Shown here: piece by piece, positions 17,431 to 28,086 of the stretch
How the letters are laid out: each line of letters starts with the position of its first letter
How positions within the stretch are numbered: the first letter of the stretch is position 1
From: an uncultured Chloroflexia bacterium
GTDB taxonomy: Bacteria; Chloroflexota; Anaerolineae; JAAYZQ01
Length of the DNA: 64,000 nucleotides
Direction of reading: 5' to 3'
Assembly (NCBI GenBank): GCA_963700285.1
Contig: CAVOXA010000010.1
Location: 2,080,001 to 2,144,000, forward strand
Notes under the pieces: model-generated
The model's database searches: none
Told to the model about the DNA's origin: nothing
What the model saw: the letters and a program-made list of their open reading frames with translations, nothing else
Position numbers and translations under genes: made by a program

Positions 17431-20214
17431 ATGTCCAGAATCTCGCGCGTTCACATCTGGATCCACCTTGGTATCCTGGCCCTGTACGCCGTCCTGGCTG
17501 TAGTCCTGACCTGGCCCCTGGGCAGGTACCTGGGCACACACGTACCGGGCAGCTATACCTGGGCTTTCGACGAGTATACCTTTCTGTGGAATACCTGGTG
17601 GTTCCGCTACACCCTCTTTGATCTGGGGCAGAATCCCCTCACCTCTACCTATACCTTCTACCCGCTGGGCATCAGCCTGGCATTCTATACCTATAACCTG
17701 TTCAATGCCATCATCTCTCTACCGCTCCAGCCATTCTTGTCCCTGCCAGCCATCAGCAACCTTATTTTTCTATTCGCCACGGTCTTCTCTGGCTATGGTA
17801 CATTCCTGCTGGTCAATCACCTCCTCAACACCCACCAACACGCAACACGCAACACGCGTCGCGTAACGCGCATCATGGTTCTCGCATCCTTCCTGGCTGG
17901 CCTCACATACGCTTTTGGCTCCTTCCGCATGATCTATGCCGCCATCGGCCACTACAATCTGTGGAGCACGACCTGGATTCCGTTTTACGCTCTGTACCTG
18001 ACAAAGACGGTGGGCGAGACCCGCCTGCGCAACGCTGTCCTGGGGGCCTTCTTCCTGTTCTTTGCCCTACTGTGCGATCTGCAGTTCGGCGTCTTTCTGG
18101 GATTGCTCACGCTGCTCGTGGTCGCCTTTGCCTTGCTGGGCCGGGATCGGAGGGCTGTGGCCGGGGGCGCGTCCGGCCTTCTCAAAAGGCTGGGGATACT
18201 GGCTCTGGTGACCCTCATTCTATCCCTGCCCATCCTGCTCCCGGTCTTGCGTGAGACCTTTGGCGGCTATGAGCTCGCCGGCTGGGGTGATGCTGAAAAG
18301 CTTTCGGTGGATCTGGTGGGTCTGGTGACTCCCACGGCGCTGCACCCTCTGGGCGGCGACTGGGCCGAAACGTTGCAGCAGACCCGTGAGGGCACAGCAC
18401 GCTTCCGAGATATAAACACCCTATTTCTTGGTTGGGCAGGGCTGACCCTGGCCTTGATCGGCGCCGCTCTCTACTGGCGGCAGCTCAAAGTTTGGATTGC
18501 CAGTTTTGTCATCTTTGCCGTCCTGAGCCTGGGTCCCCTGCTGCAGATCACTGGCCGCTCTACCTTTGACCTGGACGGATTGATCGTTAACGTTCCCCTG
18601 CCCTTCATCCTGCTGCACTATGTTCCCCTGGTCAAGGCCAACCGCGTCCCCAACCGCTTTGGTGTGCTCGTGATGCTTGCCCTGGCAGTGCTGGCCGGAT
18701 TCGGCGCCTATTGGCTCCTCAAGAAAGCGGCCGGCAGCAGGCGATCGGCGGCGAGCGCGTTCGCCGGCATAGGCGTTGTCTTGCTGGCCGGTCTCTTGCT
18801 TTTTGACCACTGGTCTGTTCCGCTGCCCCTGACCGACGCGCGAATTCCGCCCGCCTATGAACAGGTTGCCCTAGACGAAGGAGATTTTGCTATCCTCCAA
18901 CTGCCGATGGGCTGGCGCAATGGCTTTGGCGTCCAGGGTGCCGAAAGTACCCAAACACAGTACTATCAGTCCTACCACAATAAACGGCTGCTATCGGGCA
19001 ATATTTCCCGCAACCCGCCCTTCAAGTTCGACTACTTCCGGCGGGTTCCGATCCTGGAGTCGCTCATTTCCATCCAGACCTACGGCAAGGTAGACACCGC
19101 GCGCCGGACTGCTGACCGGGCCACGGCCGGCGAGTTCACGAGCTTCTATGACATCCGCTACGTAGCTGTCGCCCCGGGCATACCTGGCCGCCCGCCCTAC
19201 GTCGATACCCGCGATGATGCCATAGCCTACCTTGAAGAGGTACTGCCGATAGAGAAGGTGTATGAGCAGGACGGCTGGCTTCTCTACCGGGTGGAGCAGC
19301 CGCCCCTGCCGGTTGTCGTCACAGTGGATTTTGGGGCGCGGGAGCCACTGACGGCAATGGCCCTGGGCGCAGGCTGGTCCGAAGCCGAGCAGATCGAGGG
19401 GGCCAGCGCCAACTGGGCCGTCGATCAGGATGCCCAGATCTTTCTTCCGGCTGCCGGAGACGCGGACTATCGCCTGACGGTGACCGCCCTGCCCTTTGAC
19501 TATCCCGGTGCCCCAGAGCAGGGCATGGTCCCCCAGATCAATGGCCTCCGCCTGCAACGGATCGCGGCGTCCTCGGGCTGGAACGCATATGCCTGGGAGG
19601 TACCCGGCAGCATTTTGAAGGAAGGACTCAACGAGCTTCACTTCGAGTTCGACCGTCTGGATGCACCGGTTGATGTACTACCCGGCAGTGGCGTCATTGG
19701 CACGACTGGGGTTCGGGCCCCTACGGCCATCGAGGTGAACAGCAACGGCCCAGCAGACCTTGCTTTTATCACCGTAGGAACTGGAAATGACGCTGAGGAT
19801 GGCTCCGCCCATCGGCCTGGCTACAACGTAGCCGTTGTCGATGCCAGGTCGGGCAAGATGCTGGACCACCAGGGCTTTGACACGACCCCCACAGGGAATC
19901 CATCGGAAAGCCTCGCACTGGCAAGTTTTTTGAATGGCGTATCCGAAGGGCAGATCGTTGCCGTCGCCCTGCAGGGTAATGGCGCGGCCCATCTCACCAG
20001 CGAGGCCGTGGCGGCACTACATTCCGTCGGCGGACAGGCTGATCCCCAAGGAAGCAACGGCTGGTCACACGCCATCATTGGCGTCAAGGGTGCGGCGCCC
20101 GGCACGGCGATGGAAGCCGCCGGCCCAGATAGCAGTTGGCTGCGCGTTGCCCCGGATCGGCGAACCCTGGCCATCGCCGTAGACACGGTGCGCTGGGAAC
20201 AGATGGGCGAATGA
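17431..20214 (+). CDS. Multi-pass GT-C-like membrane protein with C-terminal ILEI/PANDER-like domain
   Basis: More than 10 TM segments, FYPLG, RVPNRF, YYQSYHNKRLLSG; C-terminal GYNVAVVD..FDT..IVAVAL..HAIIGVKGA. Confidence 0.75.
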   Translation: MSRISRVHIWIHLGILALYAVLAVVLTWPLGRYLGTHVPGSYTWAFDEYTFLWNTWWFRYTLFDLGQNPLTSTYTFYPLGISLAFYTYNLFNAIISLPLQPFLSLPAISNLIFLFATVFSGYGTFLLVNHLLNTHQHATRNTRRVTRIMVLASFLAGLTYAFGSFRMIYAAIGHYNLWSTTWIPFYALYLTKTVGETRLRNAVLGAFFLFFALLCDLQFGVFLGLLTLLVVAFALLGRDRRAVAGGASGLLKRLGILALVTLILSLPILLPVLRETFGGYELAGWGDAEKLSVDLVGLVTPTALHPLGGDWAETLQQTREGTARFRDINTLFLGWAGLTLALIGAALYWRQLKVWIASFVIFAVLSLGPLLQITGRSTFDLDGLIVNVPLPFILLHYVPLVKANRVPNRFGVLVMLALAVLAGFGAYWLLKKAAGSRRSAASAFAGIGVVLLAGLLLFDHWSVPLPLTDARIPPAYEQVALDEGDFAILQLPMGWRNGFGVQGAESTQTQYYQSYHNKRLLSGNISRNPPFKFDYFRRVPILESLISIQTYGKVDTARRTADRATAGEFTSFYDIRYVAVAPGIPGRPPYVDTRDDAIAYLEEVLPIEKVYEQDGWLLYRVEQPPLPVVVTVDFGAREPLTAMALGAGWSEAEQIEGASANWAVDQDAQIFLPAAGDADYRLTVTALPFDYPGAPEQGMVPQINGLRLQRIAASSGWNAYAWEVPGSILKEGLNELHFEFDRLDAPVDVLPGSGVIGTTGVRAPTAIEVNSNGPADLAFITVGTGNDAEDGSAHRPGYNVAVVDARSGKMLDHQGFDTTPTGNPSESLALASFLNGVSEGQIVAVALQGNGAAHLTSEAVAALHSVGGQADPQGSNGWSHAIIGVKGAAPGTAMEAAGPDSSWLRVAPDRRTLAIAVDTVRWEQMGE

Positions 20215-22529
20215 ACGGTAGGAACCGATGGCGGCTGCTCGACTGGTTGGTGGCAGCCCTGCTCGGGACTGGTTCGTTTGTTCTGTACGCCTCGACCCTG
20301 GCTCCAACGGTTCTGTCGGGGGACGGCGGCGAATTCCAATTCGTGCCTTACCTGCTGGGTGTGGCCCACCCTACCGGTTATCCTCTCTATACCTTGCTGG
20401 GCTGGATCTGGTCCCGCTTGTTGCCCATAGGCGATATCGCCTATCGCATGAACCTCTTTTCCGCCTTCTGGGCAGCGCTGGCGGTCGCGTTGCTCTATCC
20501 CACGGCCAGGGTATTGTTGCGATCTGCGCTCCCCGTCTTGCCTCCCTGCATCCAGCGCTTGGTCGCGGTCCTGGCCGCCGCGACCTTTGCCCTGACGCCC
20601 ACGCTCTGGTCGCAGGCCGTCATCGCTGAGGTTTATAGCCTCCAGACATGCCTACTCGTGGCACTCATCTATCTGCTCCTGGCCTGGGCTGGGCGTCGCG
20701 ATTCCCGCTTCCTGCTGCTCTCTGCCTTTGCTTTCGGGCTCGGCCTGGCCCACCACAGTACCACCATCCTTTTCGCCCCGGCTATTCTGGTCTACCTGTG
20801 GCTGGTCGATCGGCGGGTCTTTTACGACTGGCGCCTGATCCTGAAGGCACTATTGCTTCTGGTCATGCCTCTGGCCCTTTATCTGCTCATCCCGCTGCGC
20901 GCTCCTCACACACCCTACCTCGAATTGCCGCTGGCACATGGCCGTACCCTGTTGCTCTATGAGAACAGCCTGACGAACTTTGTACATTTTGTCCTGGGCG
21001 GACCCTTCGGTGGGTCGCTGGATCTTTCGGTGGATCTGGGCCAGCGAGTGGCCATGGCCGTAGGATTCCTCCGTAACGAGATGGGCTGGGTTGGCCTCAT
21101 CATGGCGCTGACTGGCGTGGGATGTTTGGCATATAGGCGCAAGTGGGCCTTGCTGGGACTGACCGGGCTGGCTTACCTGGCCTCCGTGGCCTTCAATCTG
21201 TTCTATACCATCGGTGATATCTATGTACTGTTCATCCCCTCCTACCTCCTGCTCATCCTCTGGATGGCAGTCGGCGCAGCTTGCCTGGTCACGTCACTGC
21301 TGTCCAAGCCCATAACCGCGGCCCTCCTGGTGGCGCTTCTTTTCGCGCTTCCACTGTGGGCGGCGGCATCTCGATACCCCGACGCTGACCAGAGCCGGAA
21401 CAGGCAAGCCCGTACCCGCTGGGAGGCGATCCTGGCCGAGCCACTGCCTCCCGGCGCCGTGCTTGTCAGCAATGACCGCAACGACATGATGCCCATGTGG
21501 TATTTCCAGTACGTGGATGGGGTACGGCCCGACCTCCTGGGTCTCTTTCCCCTCATCACACCCGAGTATCCCACTTTGGGCCACGTCCTCGACCTGGCCC
21601 TGAGCACTGGCCGCCCTGTATACCTTATCAAGGAGATGCCGGGAGTAGAGGCCAAAGTCAACCTTGAAGCTGAGGATGGTCTGTGGCGGGTCACGGAGCC
21701 AGCAGCAGAAAGTGAACCGGCCTATTCCAGTGGCGCCCATCTGGCAGACGCGGTAGCCCTGGTTGGAACCGATCGCTCGCCCCGCGGCCCCCAGCCCGGC
21801 GAGACGCTGCAGGTCACGCTCTATTGGCAAGCCCTGCGCCCGCTGGAGGCACAGTACCACTCGTTCGTGCACTTGCGGGATACCCAAGGCCAGGTCTTGT
21901 CCCAGAGCGACAGGCAGCCGGGCGGCGTGCACTATCCCACTTCCCTGTGGCGGCCGGGGGAGCGGCTGCGCGACGACCATGTCCTGGCCATACCCGCCGA
22001 TGCACCAGCCGGCGTCTACGAGTTGTGGGTGGGCATGTACTCTCTCTCCAATGACGGCGCCCTGGAACCGCTGGGTCAGCCGGTTATCGCGGGCCAGGTG
22101 GCCATCAAGACCAGTACGCAGACCGAGCCCGGCCCCATCAGCGAGCCGGCCAACGCGAGCTTTGGCGACCAGATCGAGCTGATGGGCTATGATGCCGTGG
22201 TACTGGAGGGCATGCTGGGAGTTGTACTGCACTGGCGCGGCATCGAGCCACCCAGGGCTGACTATACCGTGTTTGTACACCTGGTGGATGCCAATGGTCA
22301 GGTCGTTGCCCAGCACGACGGCCAGCCACAGGATGGCGCCTATCCCTCCTCTGTTTGGGATACAAATGAAGTCGTAAGAGACGAGCACGTACTGCTCTTG
22401 CCATCGGATCTCCCCGACGGTGACTACTTTCTCCGAGTGGGCTTGTACTTCCTGGAGACCGGCGCACGGCTACCGGTAGATGGGGACAGTGATAGCCTCG
22501 AACTCGGTCCATTAAACGTGAAGGAGTGA
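20211..22529 (+). CDS. DUF2723 (TMEM260-like) GT-C glycosyltransferase with two C-terminal Ig-like repeats
   Basis: GDGGEFQ..LGVAHPTGYPLY, WSQAVIAEVY, GLAHH; repeats VTLYW..FVHL..Q.D.QP..YP..W..VGMY. ATGA overlap with the upstream gene. Confidence 0.85.
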   Translation: MNGRNRWRLLDWLVAALLGTGSFVLYASTLAPTVLSGDGGEFQFVPYLLGVAHPTGYPLYTLLGWIWSRLLPIGDIAYRMNLFSAFWAALAVALLYPTARVLLRSALPVLPPCIQRLVAVLAAATFALTPTLWSQAVIAEVYSLQTCLLVALIYLLLAWAGRRDSRFLLLSAFAFGLGLAHHSTTILFAPAILVYLWLVDRRVFYDWRLILKALLLLVMPLALYLLIPLRAPHTPYLELPLAHGRTLLLYENSLTNFVHFVLGGPFGGSLDLSVDLGQRVAMAVGFLRNEMGWVGLIMALTGVGCLAYRRKWALLGLTGLAYLASVAFNLFYTIGDIYVLFIPSYLLLILWMAVGAACLVTSLLSKPITAALLVALLFALPLWAAASRYPDADQSRNRQARTRWEAILAEPLPPGAVLVSNDRNDMMPMWYFQYVDGVRPDLLGLFPLITPEYPTLGHVLDLALSTGRPVYLIKEMPGVEAKVNLEAEDGLWRVTEPAAESEPAYSSGAHLADAVALVGTDRSPRGPQPGETLQVTLYWQALRPLEAQYHSFVHLRDTQGQVLSQSDRQPGGVHYPTSLWRPGERLRDDHVLAIPADAPAGVYELWVGMYSLSNDGALEPLGQPVIAGQVAIKTSTQTEPGPISEPANASFGDQIELMGYDAVVLEGMLGVVLHWRGIEPPRADYTVFVHLVDANGQVVAQHDGQPQDGAYPSSVWDTNEVVRDEHVLLLPSDLPDGDYFLRVGLYFLETGARLPVDGDSDSLELGPLNVKE

Positions 22530-22539
22530 ATCGACGATC

Positions 22540-23646
22540 ATGAAGATCTTTTGCCCCGAGTGTGGTAAACGAGAGAACCTGTTAGCGGAACGCTGGCGCT
22601 GTGAATGTGGCGGCGCGTGGGAAACAGAGGAACGAAGCGATTTCGATCCAAAGCTCATCGATGCAGCGGACTCTTCAATATGGCGCTATCGGCGGTTGTA
22701 TGGACTGCCATTTGACACGCCGGCGGTACGTCTGGGTGCTGGAGGCACGCCCTTGCTGCCGGTAGCCATGGAAAGCTGCCAGGTACTGGTCAAGCCCGAG
22801 TACTTTGCGCCCACTGCTTCCTTCAAGGACCGGGGCACAGCCGTGATGATCAATATTCTGGCTCACCAGGGGGTGACACGTGTGGCCGACGATTCGTCGG
22901 GCAACGCGGGGGCTTCCGTGGCGGCCTTTGCCGCTCGTGCGGGCATGCAGGCCGAGGTCTTTGTACCGGCCCACGCCTCGCCCGCCAAGCAAGCGCAGAT
23001 CGCAGTCTATGGCGCCGAGGTGCGGCCCATTGCCGGACCCAGAGTGAATGCGAAACTGGCAGCGCAGGGTGCCGCCGAACAGGGTCTCGTCTACGCTTCC
23101 CACGCCTACCACCCTGGTTTCCTGTTGGGCCAGCAGTCGGTGGCCTGGGAGGTATGGGAGCAATTGGGCCGCCGTGTGCCAGATTGGTACGTGGTACCCG
23201 TGGGACAGGGCGTACATCTCCTTGGCGTGTGGCTGGGATTCCGGCGGCTACGCGCGGCGGGGCTGATCGACCGCCTGCCGAGGCTGGTGGCGGTCCAGGC
23301 AGGACGGCTGGCGCCGCTTTGCCAGGCTTTCGATGCCGGGCTGGAGACGGTACCCGAGGCGGAGGTGACGACTCCCAGCATAGCTGAGGGGCTGGCCATC
23401 GCCCAGCCGGTGCGCGGCCGGCGACTGCTGCAGGCCCTTCGAGAAACGGACGGTACTTGTGTGTCTGTGGAGGAGGAAGCGATCCTGGAGGCCCAGCGCC
23501 AGCTTGCCCATCAGGGCTTTTACACCGAACCCACCAGCGCCACGGCGGTCGCCAGCCTGCCTGTAGTGAGCCGAATCGCAAAGCCAGACGACATCATTGT
23601 CGTTCCGCTGACAGGCAGTGGTCTCAAGGGAGCACCGGCCCTGTAG
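22540..23646 (+). CDS. thrC: Threonine synthase-like PLP enzyme
   Basis: N-terminal CxxC..CxC, PTASFKDRG, DSSGNAG, EPTSA, LTGSGLK. Confidence 0.8.
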   Translation: MKIFCPECGKRENLLAERWRCECGGAWETEERSDFDPKLIDAADSSIWRYRRLYGLPFDTPAVRLGAGGTPLLPVAMESCQVLVKPEYFAPTASFKDRGTAVMINILAHQGVTRVADDSSGNAGASVAAFAARAGMQAEVFVPAHASPAKQAQIAVYGAEVRPIAGPRVNAKLAAQGAAEQGLVYASHAYHPGFLLGQQSVAWEVWEQLGRRVPDWYVVPVGQGVHLLGVWLGFRRLRAAGLIDRLPRLVAVQAGRLAPLCQAFDAGLETVPEAEVTTPSIAEGLAIAQPVRGRRLLQALRETDGTCVSVEEEAILEAQRQLAHQGFYTEPTSATAVASLPVVSRIAKPDDIIVVPLTGSGLKGAPAL

Positions 23647-23708
23647 TATCGGGTCCTGGCTCCTTGCTGCGGTTTGTTCCAGCCCTACAGCTATGCTATA
23701 ATCGAGCC

Positions 23709-24914
23709 ATGCGCCTGACCCATCTGTCCCTGCACAACTTTCGTAACTATGTCCGGCTGGAACTGGACCTGGCACCTGGCGTCACCCTCTTGCTGGGTGA
23801 CAATGCCCAGGGCAAGACCAACCTGCTGGAAGCGGTCTATTACCTGGCAACCAGTCGCTCTCCTCACGCCGGCGCCGAGCGTGAATTGGTCAACTGGCTA
23901 GCTGTTGAGGATGAGCCCCTGCCCTATGCCCGCCTGGTGGGCCGGGTAGCGCGGGGATCTAGCGACTTGACCATCGAGATCACCCTCACGCAGCAGGAAA
24001 ACAATGGCGCCCGCTATCGCAAGCAGATACGGCTCAACGGCGTGGCCAAGCGGGCCATGGACCTGCTTGGACAGTTGAACGTTGTGTTTTTTTTACCAGA
24101 GGACATCGCTCTGGTATCCGGATCTCCCGGCCGTCGCCGTCACTACCTGGATGCAACCTTGTGCCAGATCGATCCGGTCTACTGCCGCTCCCTATCCCGT
24201 TACAATCAGATCGTCACCCAGCGCAACGCTTTGCTCCGAGATCTACGGGAGCGGGGTGGAGATCCTGCTCAGTTGGCTTTCTGGAATGAACACCTGGTAG
24301 AACATGGGGCCTACTTGATTTCTCGCCGGCAGGGGGCTCTGGTTTCCTTGGATGAACTGGCCCATGCCATCCACGACGAGCTGACCGAAAGCTCGGAAAG
24401 CTTGCATCTTTCTTATGTGCCCAGCGTGGAACATGCCCAGAGTACCGCGGGAGGGACTGAAAGATTTCAGGATTTAGACGAGGTCAAGGCAGCCTTCAAG
24501 CAGGAACTGCTGGCATTGCGTCGGCGCGAGATCGCCGCCGGAATGACACTCATCGGCCCGCACCGGGACGAGGTTCGTTTTCTGATCAGCGAGATAGATG
24601 CCGGTGTCTATGGTTCGCGGGGACAGCAACGGACGGCCGCCCTATCTCTCAAGCTGGCTGAAGTAGATCTCATGCACCGCGAAACCGGCGAACTCCCTGT
24701 GCTCTTGCTGGATGACGTCCTCTCAGAGCTGGACGTCCACCGCCGCCGCTTTCTGTTGCGCTATTTGAACGATGGCCCTCAGCAGGCGGTCATCAGCGCT
24801 ACAGATTTGGACATCCTCCCAGAAACGTTTCTACGGCGCTGCCAGTTGTGGCACGTCCAGATGGGGCGGCTGAGCAAGACAGACCCAAAGATATCCGATG
24901 CGCAGGATCTGTAG
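23709..24914 (+). CDS. recF: DNA replication/repair protein RecF
   Basis: LHNFRNY, GDNAQGKTNLLEA, GPHRD, GSRGQQR, LLLDDVLSELD. Confidence 0.97.
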   Translation: MRLTHLSLHNFRNYVRLELDLAPGVTLLLGDNAQGKTNLLEAVYYLATSRSPHAGAERELVNWLAVEDEPLPYARLVGRVARGSSDLTIEITLTQQENNGARYRKQIRLNGVAKRAMDLLGQLNVVFFLPEDIALVSGSPGRRRHYLDATLCQIDPVYCRSLSRYNQIVTQRNALLRDLRERGGDPAQLAFWNEHLVEHGAYLISRRQGALVSLDELAHAIHDELTESSESLHLSYVPSVEHAQSTAGGTERFQDLDEVKAAFKQELLALRRREIAAGMTLIGPHRDEVRFLISEIDAGVYGSRGQQRTAALSLKLAEVDLMHRETGELPVLLLDDVLSELDVHRRRFLLRYLNDGPQQAVISATDLDILPETFLRRCQLWHVQMGRLSKTDPKISDAQDL

Positions 24915-25009
24915 ATAGGGGAGAAAAAAGGGGCAGCGACCGCGCCCCGGCGCGGCCAGCAGCCCCGTTTGGATCCGAATGCATCCAAAAGCCAGGAGCC
25001 CAGATCTGG

Positions 25010-25345
25010 CTAGCCCCACTTGCCTTTGTTCATGTGGCCCTGCAGCTCAGCCTTTATGGACTGCTGCAGGAACTCGGCCTCTTCCACTGCTTTCTTGAAG
25101 ATCTTGACGCAATTGGGATCGAGATTGTCGTCAATGCCATCTTCGGCCACATCCATGACCTGCTCGAGCAACACGTAGAGCTGCATGTGCAGGTTGTTCG
25201 TAAAGCGGGAGCGCTCAACGGTGTCCATGGCCTTCTCGTCCAGCCTGGTGAACTTTTCCCTGGGAGCGCCACACTTTGGACACTTGTTAGGCGCCTCCTC
25301 CCCATTCCACATGAACCCACACGAACCACACTGCCACATCCTCAC
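25010..25345 (-). CDS. Rubredoxin-like domain protein
   Basis: WQCGSCG..CPKCGAP plus a helical C-terminal domain. Confidence 0.85.
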   Translation of the reverse strand: MRMWQCGSCGFMWNGEEAPNKCPKCGAPREKFTRLDEKAMDTVERSRFTNNLHMQLYVLLEQVMDVAEDGIDDNLDPNCVKIFKKAVEEAEFLQQSIKAELQGHMNKGKWG

Positions 25346-25405
25346 ACCTCCTGATAGGTTTTTTTGATCTCCTCACCTCCTGAGAGGTGGCAGATGCTTT
25401 CTCGC

Positions 25406-26851
25406 TTAATAGGCTCCCTCACCCAAGAGAACCTTGGGTACGGTCCGAAGCAGGATTTGCAAATCTAGAGCGGGGGACCAGTTTTCAATGTAGTACAGGT
25501 CTAACAAGACCATCTCGTCAAACGTCAACTCGCTGCGCCCCGAGACCTGCCACATACCTGTGATCCCCGGGGCCACTTCCAGCCGCCGCTTATGCCAGGG
25601 CTGATAGCGCTGCACTTCGGACGGGGGCGCAGGGCGAGGGCCAACCAGGCTCATATGTCCCATTAGCACATTGATCAGTTGTGGCAGTTCGTCCAGACTG
25701 GTGCGTCGCAGAAAACGGCCCACAGATGTGATACGAGGGTCATTCCTGATCTTGAATATCGGACCATCCGCTTCATTCTGATCCAGCAGCTTGTCCTTTT
25801 CTTGCTCCGCGCCCTCTCGCATAGACCGGAACTTGTAGCAGGCGAACAACTGCTCATCCTTCCCCACACGGATCTGCCGAAAAAGAACTGAGCCGGGGGA
25901 ATCGATCCGGATCATCAGCCCAATCAGGAGGAAAAGCGGAAAGAGCACAATGAGCCCCACCAGGGCCACGACAACGTCCATCGTCCTCTTGAATAGCCTG
26001 GCGCTGCTGCTGATCGAGATCTCCCGGACACCAATCATGGGGATGCCGCCTAGATCCTCCACATCCAAATGGCTCAGCGTCATCTGAAAAATGTCGGGAA
26101 CAATGCGAACGCGTATCCTCTCCCGCTCGCACTGGGCGATGATGCTGACGATCTTGCGATGGTACATCCATGGCAGCGTAACGATTACTTCGTCGATGCG
26201 CTGCCGCTTGACCAAGCTCGGGATGTCTGCAGTATTGCCCAATCCTGCAAAGCGCCCTATGTTCGAACTGCCCTTGTCTGGATCATCGTCTACAAAGCCA
26301 ACGATCTGATAGCCCAGAATCGGATGTGCAACGATGTTGCGCATCACCGTGCGTCCCACCTCACCAGCGCCAACGATGAGCAATCGATCCACACCTTGTC
26401 CCTTTTTGCGCAGGTAATTGCGCACCATGCGCTTCCCCAAGCGGCTGATACTCAAAAAGATGATGATCAATACACCACCATAGAAGAAGATCAGCCTGGA
26501 GTAGAAAAGGGGACGGAAGAAAATCACGATGACGAAAACCATGAGGATGATGCCCGTCGCTGTGCCCGTCAACAAAAGGTAGACTTCGTCGAACCAAGAG
26601 GCGCCCCGGGGCTGGTTGTACACCCCGCTCAACTTGTAGATGCCCAGCAGCAGCACTGTCAAAGCGATGGCAATGGGGACAAACTGCCTGAGGGGAACAA
26701 AGTATGCCTCGTCCACTGAGGCAAAGAGCTGTAAATCATATCGCAGCCAATAGGCTATGACGAAGGCCAGGTTGATAAGCAAAACATCCGTCACGGCCAC
26801 GCCTATGGAAAACAGCCGCCGGTAGCGCTCAAACACGGCTTCCGCCTCCAT
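25406..26851 (-). CDS. Undecaprenyl-phosphate sugar phosphotransferase (WcaJ/WbaP-type)
   Basis: TM helices, IVGAG domain, [37 protein letters not shown]. Confidence 0.93.
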   Translation of the reverse strand: MEAEAVFERYRRLFSIGVAVTDVLLINLAFVIAYWLRYDLQLFASVDEAYFVPLRQFVPIAIALTVLLLGIYKLSGVYNQPRGASWFDEVYLLLTGTATGIILMVFVIVIFFRPLFYSRLIFFYGGVLIIIFLSISRLGKRMVRNYLRKKGQGVDRLLIVGAGEVGRTVMRNIVAHPILGYQIVGFVDDDPDKGSSNIGRFAGLGNTADIPSLVKRQRIDEVIVTLPWMYHRKIVSIIAQCERERIRVRIVPDIFQMTLSHLDVEDLGGIPMIGVREISISSSARLFKRTMDVVVALVGLIVLFPLFLLIGLMIRIDSPGSVLFRQIRVGKDEQLFACYKFRSMREGAEQEKDKLLDQNEADGPIFKIRNDPRITSVGRFLRRTSLDELPQLINVLMGHMSLVGPRPAPPSEVQRYQPWHKRRLEVAPGITGMWQVSGRSELTFDEMVLLDLYYIENWSPALDLQILLRTVPKVLLGEGAY

Positions 26852-28004
26852 CGCACTGGCCGTTCATGCCGGTACCGGCCCTCAGAGCTCGCTGGTAGCT
26901 ATCCACCGTACACGCGGCGGTTCTCTGCCAGGAGAAATTCTTCGCCCGCACCAGGCCAGCCCTTCCCATTTCCTCCTGCACATCTGGGTGCGCCAGAACC
27001 TGTTCCATCGCTGCCGCCAGCGCCTCGCTGCTGGTTGGGTCAGCGAGCAGGCCAGCCTGCCCCACCACCTCGGGCAGCGACGAAGCTGCAGAGGTTACTA
27101 CCGGTGTTCCACACGCCATTGCCTCCAGTGGAGGTAGGCCAAAGCCTTCATAAAGTGAAGGATACACGAACAAACTGGCGGCATTGTACCAGAGGGGGAG
27201 CTCCTCAGCCGGCACATAACCCACGAAAATTACCTCGTCCTGCAGGTTCAGCATCTCCACGCGGGAAAAAATCTCATCATAGAGCCAACCTTTCCCGCCA
27301 AGCAGCATCAGTGGTGGCCGGGACCCGGGCAAGCGAGCGTAGGCCTCGATCAAGCAGGTTACGTTCTTGCGCGGCTCCAGGGTGCCGACAAATAGAATGA
27401 ATCGATCCGGCAGCTTATGTTGGCGCCGAAAGTCTGCCACTTTGGCGGATGGCACGGGGCGGAAATCTGGATCAACCCCATTGTGCACGACATCTACCTT
27501 GGCTGGCGAGATGCCATAGTACCGGATCAGATCGTGTTTTGTACTCTCTGACACGGCGATGATCCTCCGGGCCCGGTGTACCGACAACCGCGTAAATGCC
27601 CGTAGATAGACGCGGTTCAGCGCAGGAAAACTCTGGGGATATGAAAGAAAGCTCAGATCATGAACGGTGATTATGTAAGGACAGGTACCGACCTGAGGGC
27701 CCACAAAGGCCGTCCCATGGAGCAGATCGAGTCCAGCTTTCCGCGCAGACCAGGGTTGGATCGCCTGCTCCCAAAAGATGCGCGCCGGTGGGCGCTGCGT
27801 CGGAAGACGGGAAAACGCTAGATCGAGTCCTGCTCCTCCAGGATAGCGCCTTTCGCTCAGGAAAACCGTGTAGTCAATGTGTGGATTTACCTCCGGCAAG
27901 TGGCCCAGCAAGTGCTGGATATACGAGTTGATACCAGCGCTCCGGTAGGTGTCGGCCAAGGACAACAAATGGGCGTTCACCCCAACGTGAATCGCCCGTT
28001 CCAT
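26829..28004 (-). CDS. Glycosyltransferase family 4
   Basis: GTLEPRKN, PSLYEGFGLPPLEAMACG. Confidence 0.93.
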   Translation of the reverse strand: MERAIHVGVNAHLLSLADTYRSAGINSYIQHLLGHLPEVNPHIDYTVFLSERRYPGGAGLDLAFSRLPTQRPPARIFWEQAIQPWSARKAGLDLLHGTAFVGPQVGTCPYIITVHDLSFLSYPQSFPALNRVYLRAFTRLSVHRARRIIAVSESTKHDLIRYYGISPAKVDVVHNGVDPDFRPVPSAKVADFRRQHKLPDRFILFVGTLEPRKNVTCLIEAYARLPGSRPPLMLLGGKGWLYDEIFSRVEMLNLQDEVIFVGYVPAEELPLWYNAASLFVYPSLYEGFGLPPLEAMACGTPVVTSAASSLPEVVGQAGLLADPTSSEALAAAMEQVLAHPDVQEEMGRAGLVRAKNFSWQRTAACTVDSYQRALRAGTGMNGQCDGGGSRV

Positions 28005-28086
28005 GTTATGCCTCACAGCGCCCATTATACCACAGAACCGTCCGGCGTCAAAGCCGGGCCAGAAATGGTGAGGCACACAAGGCCGT

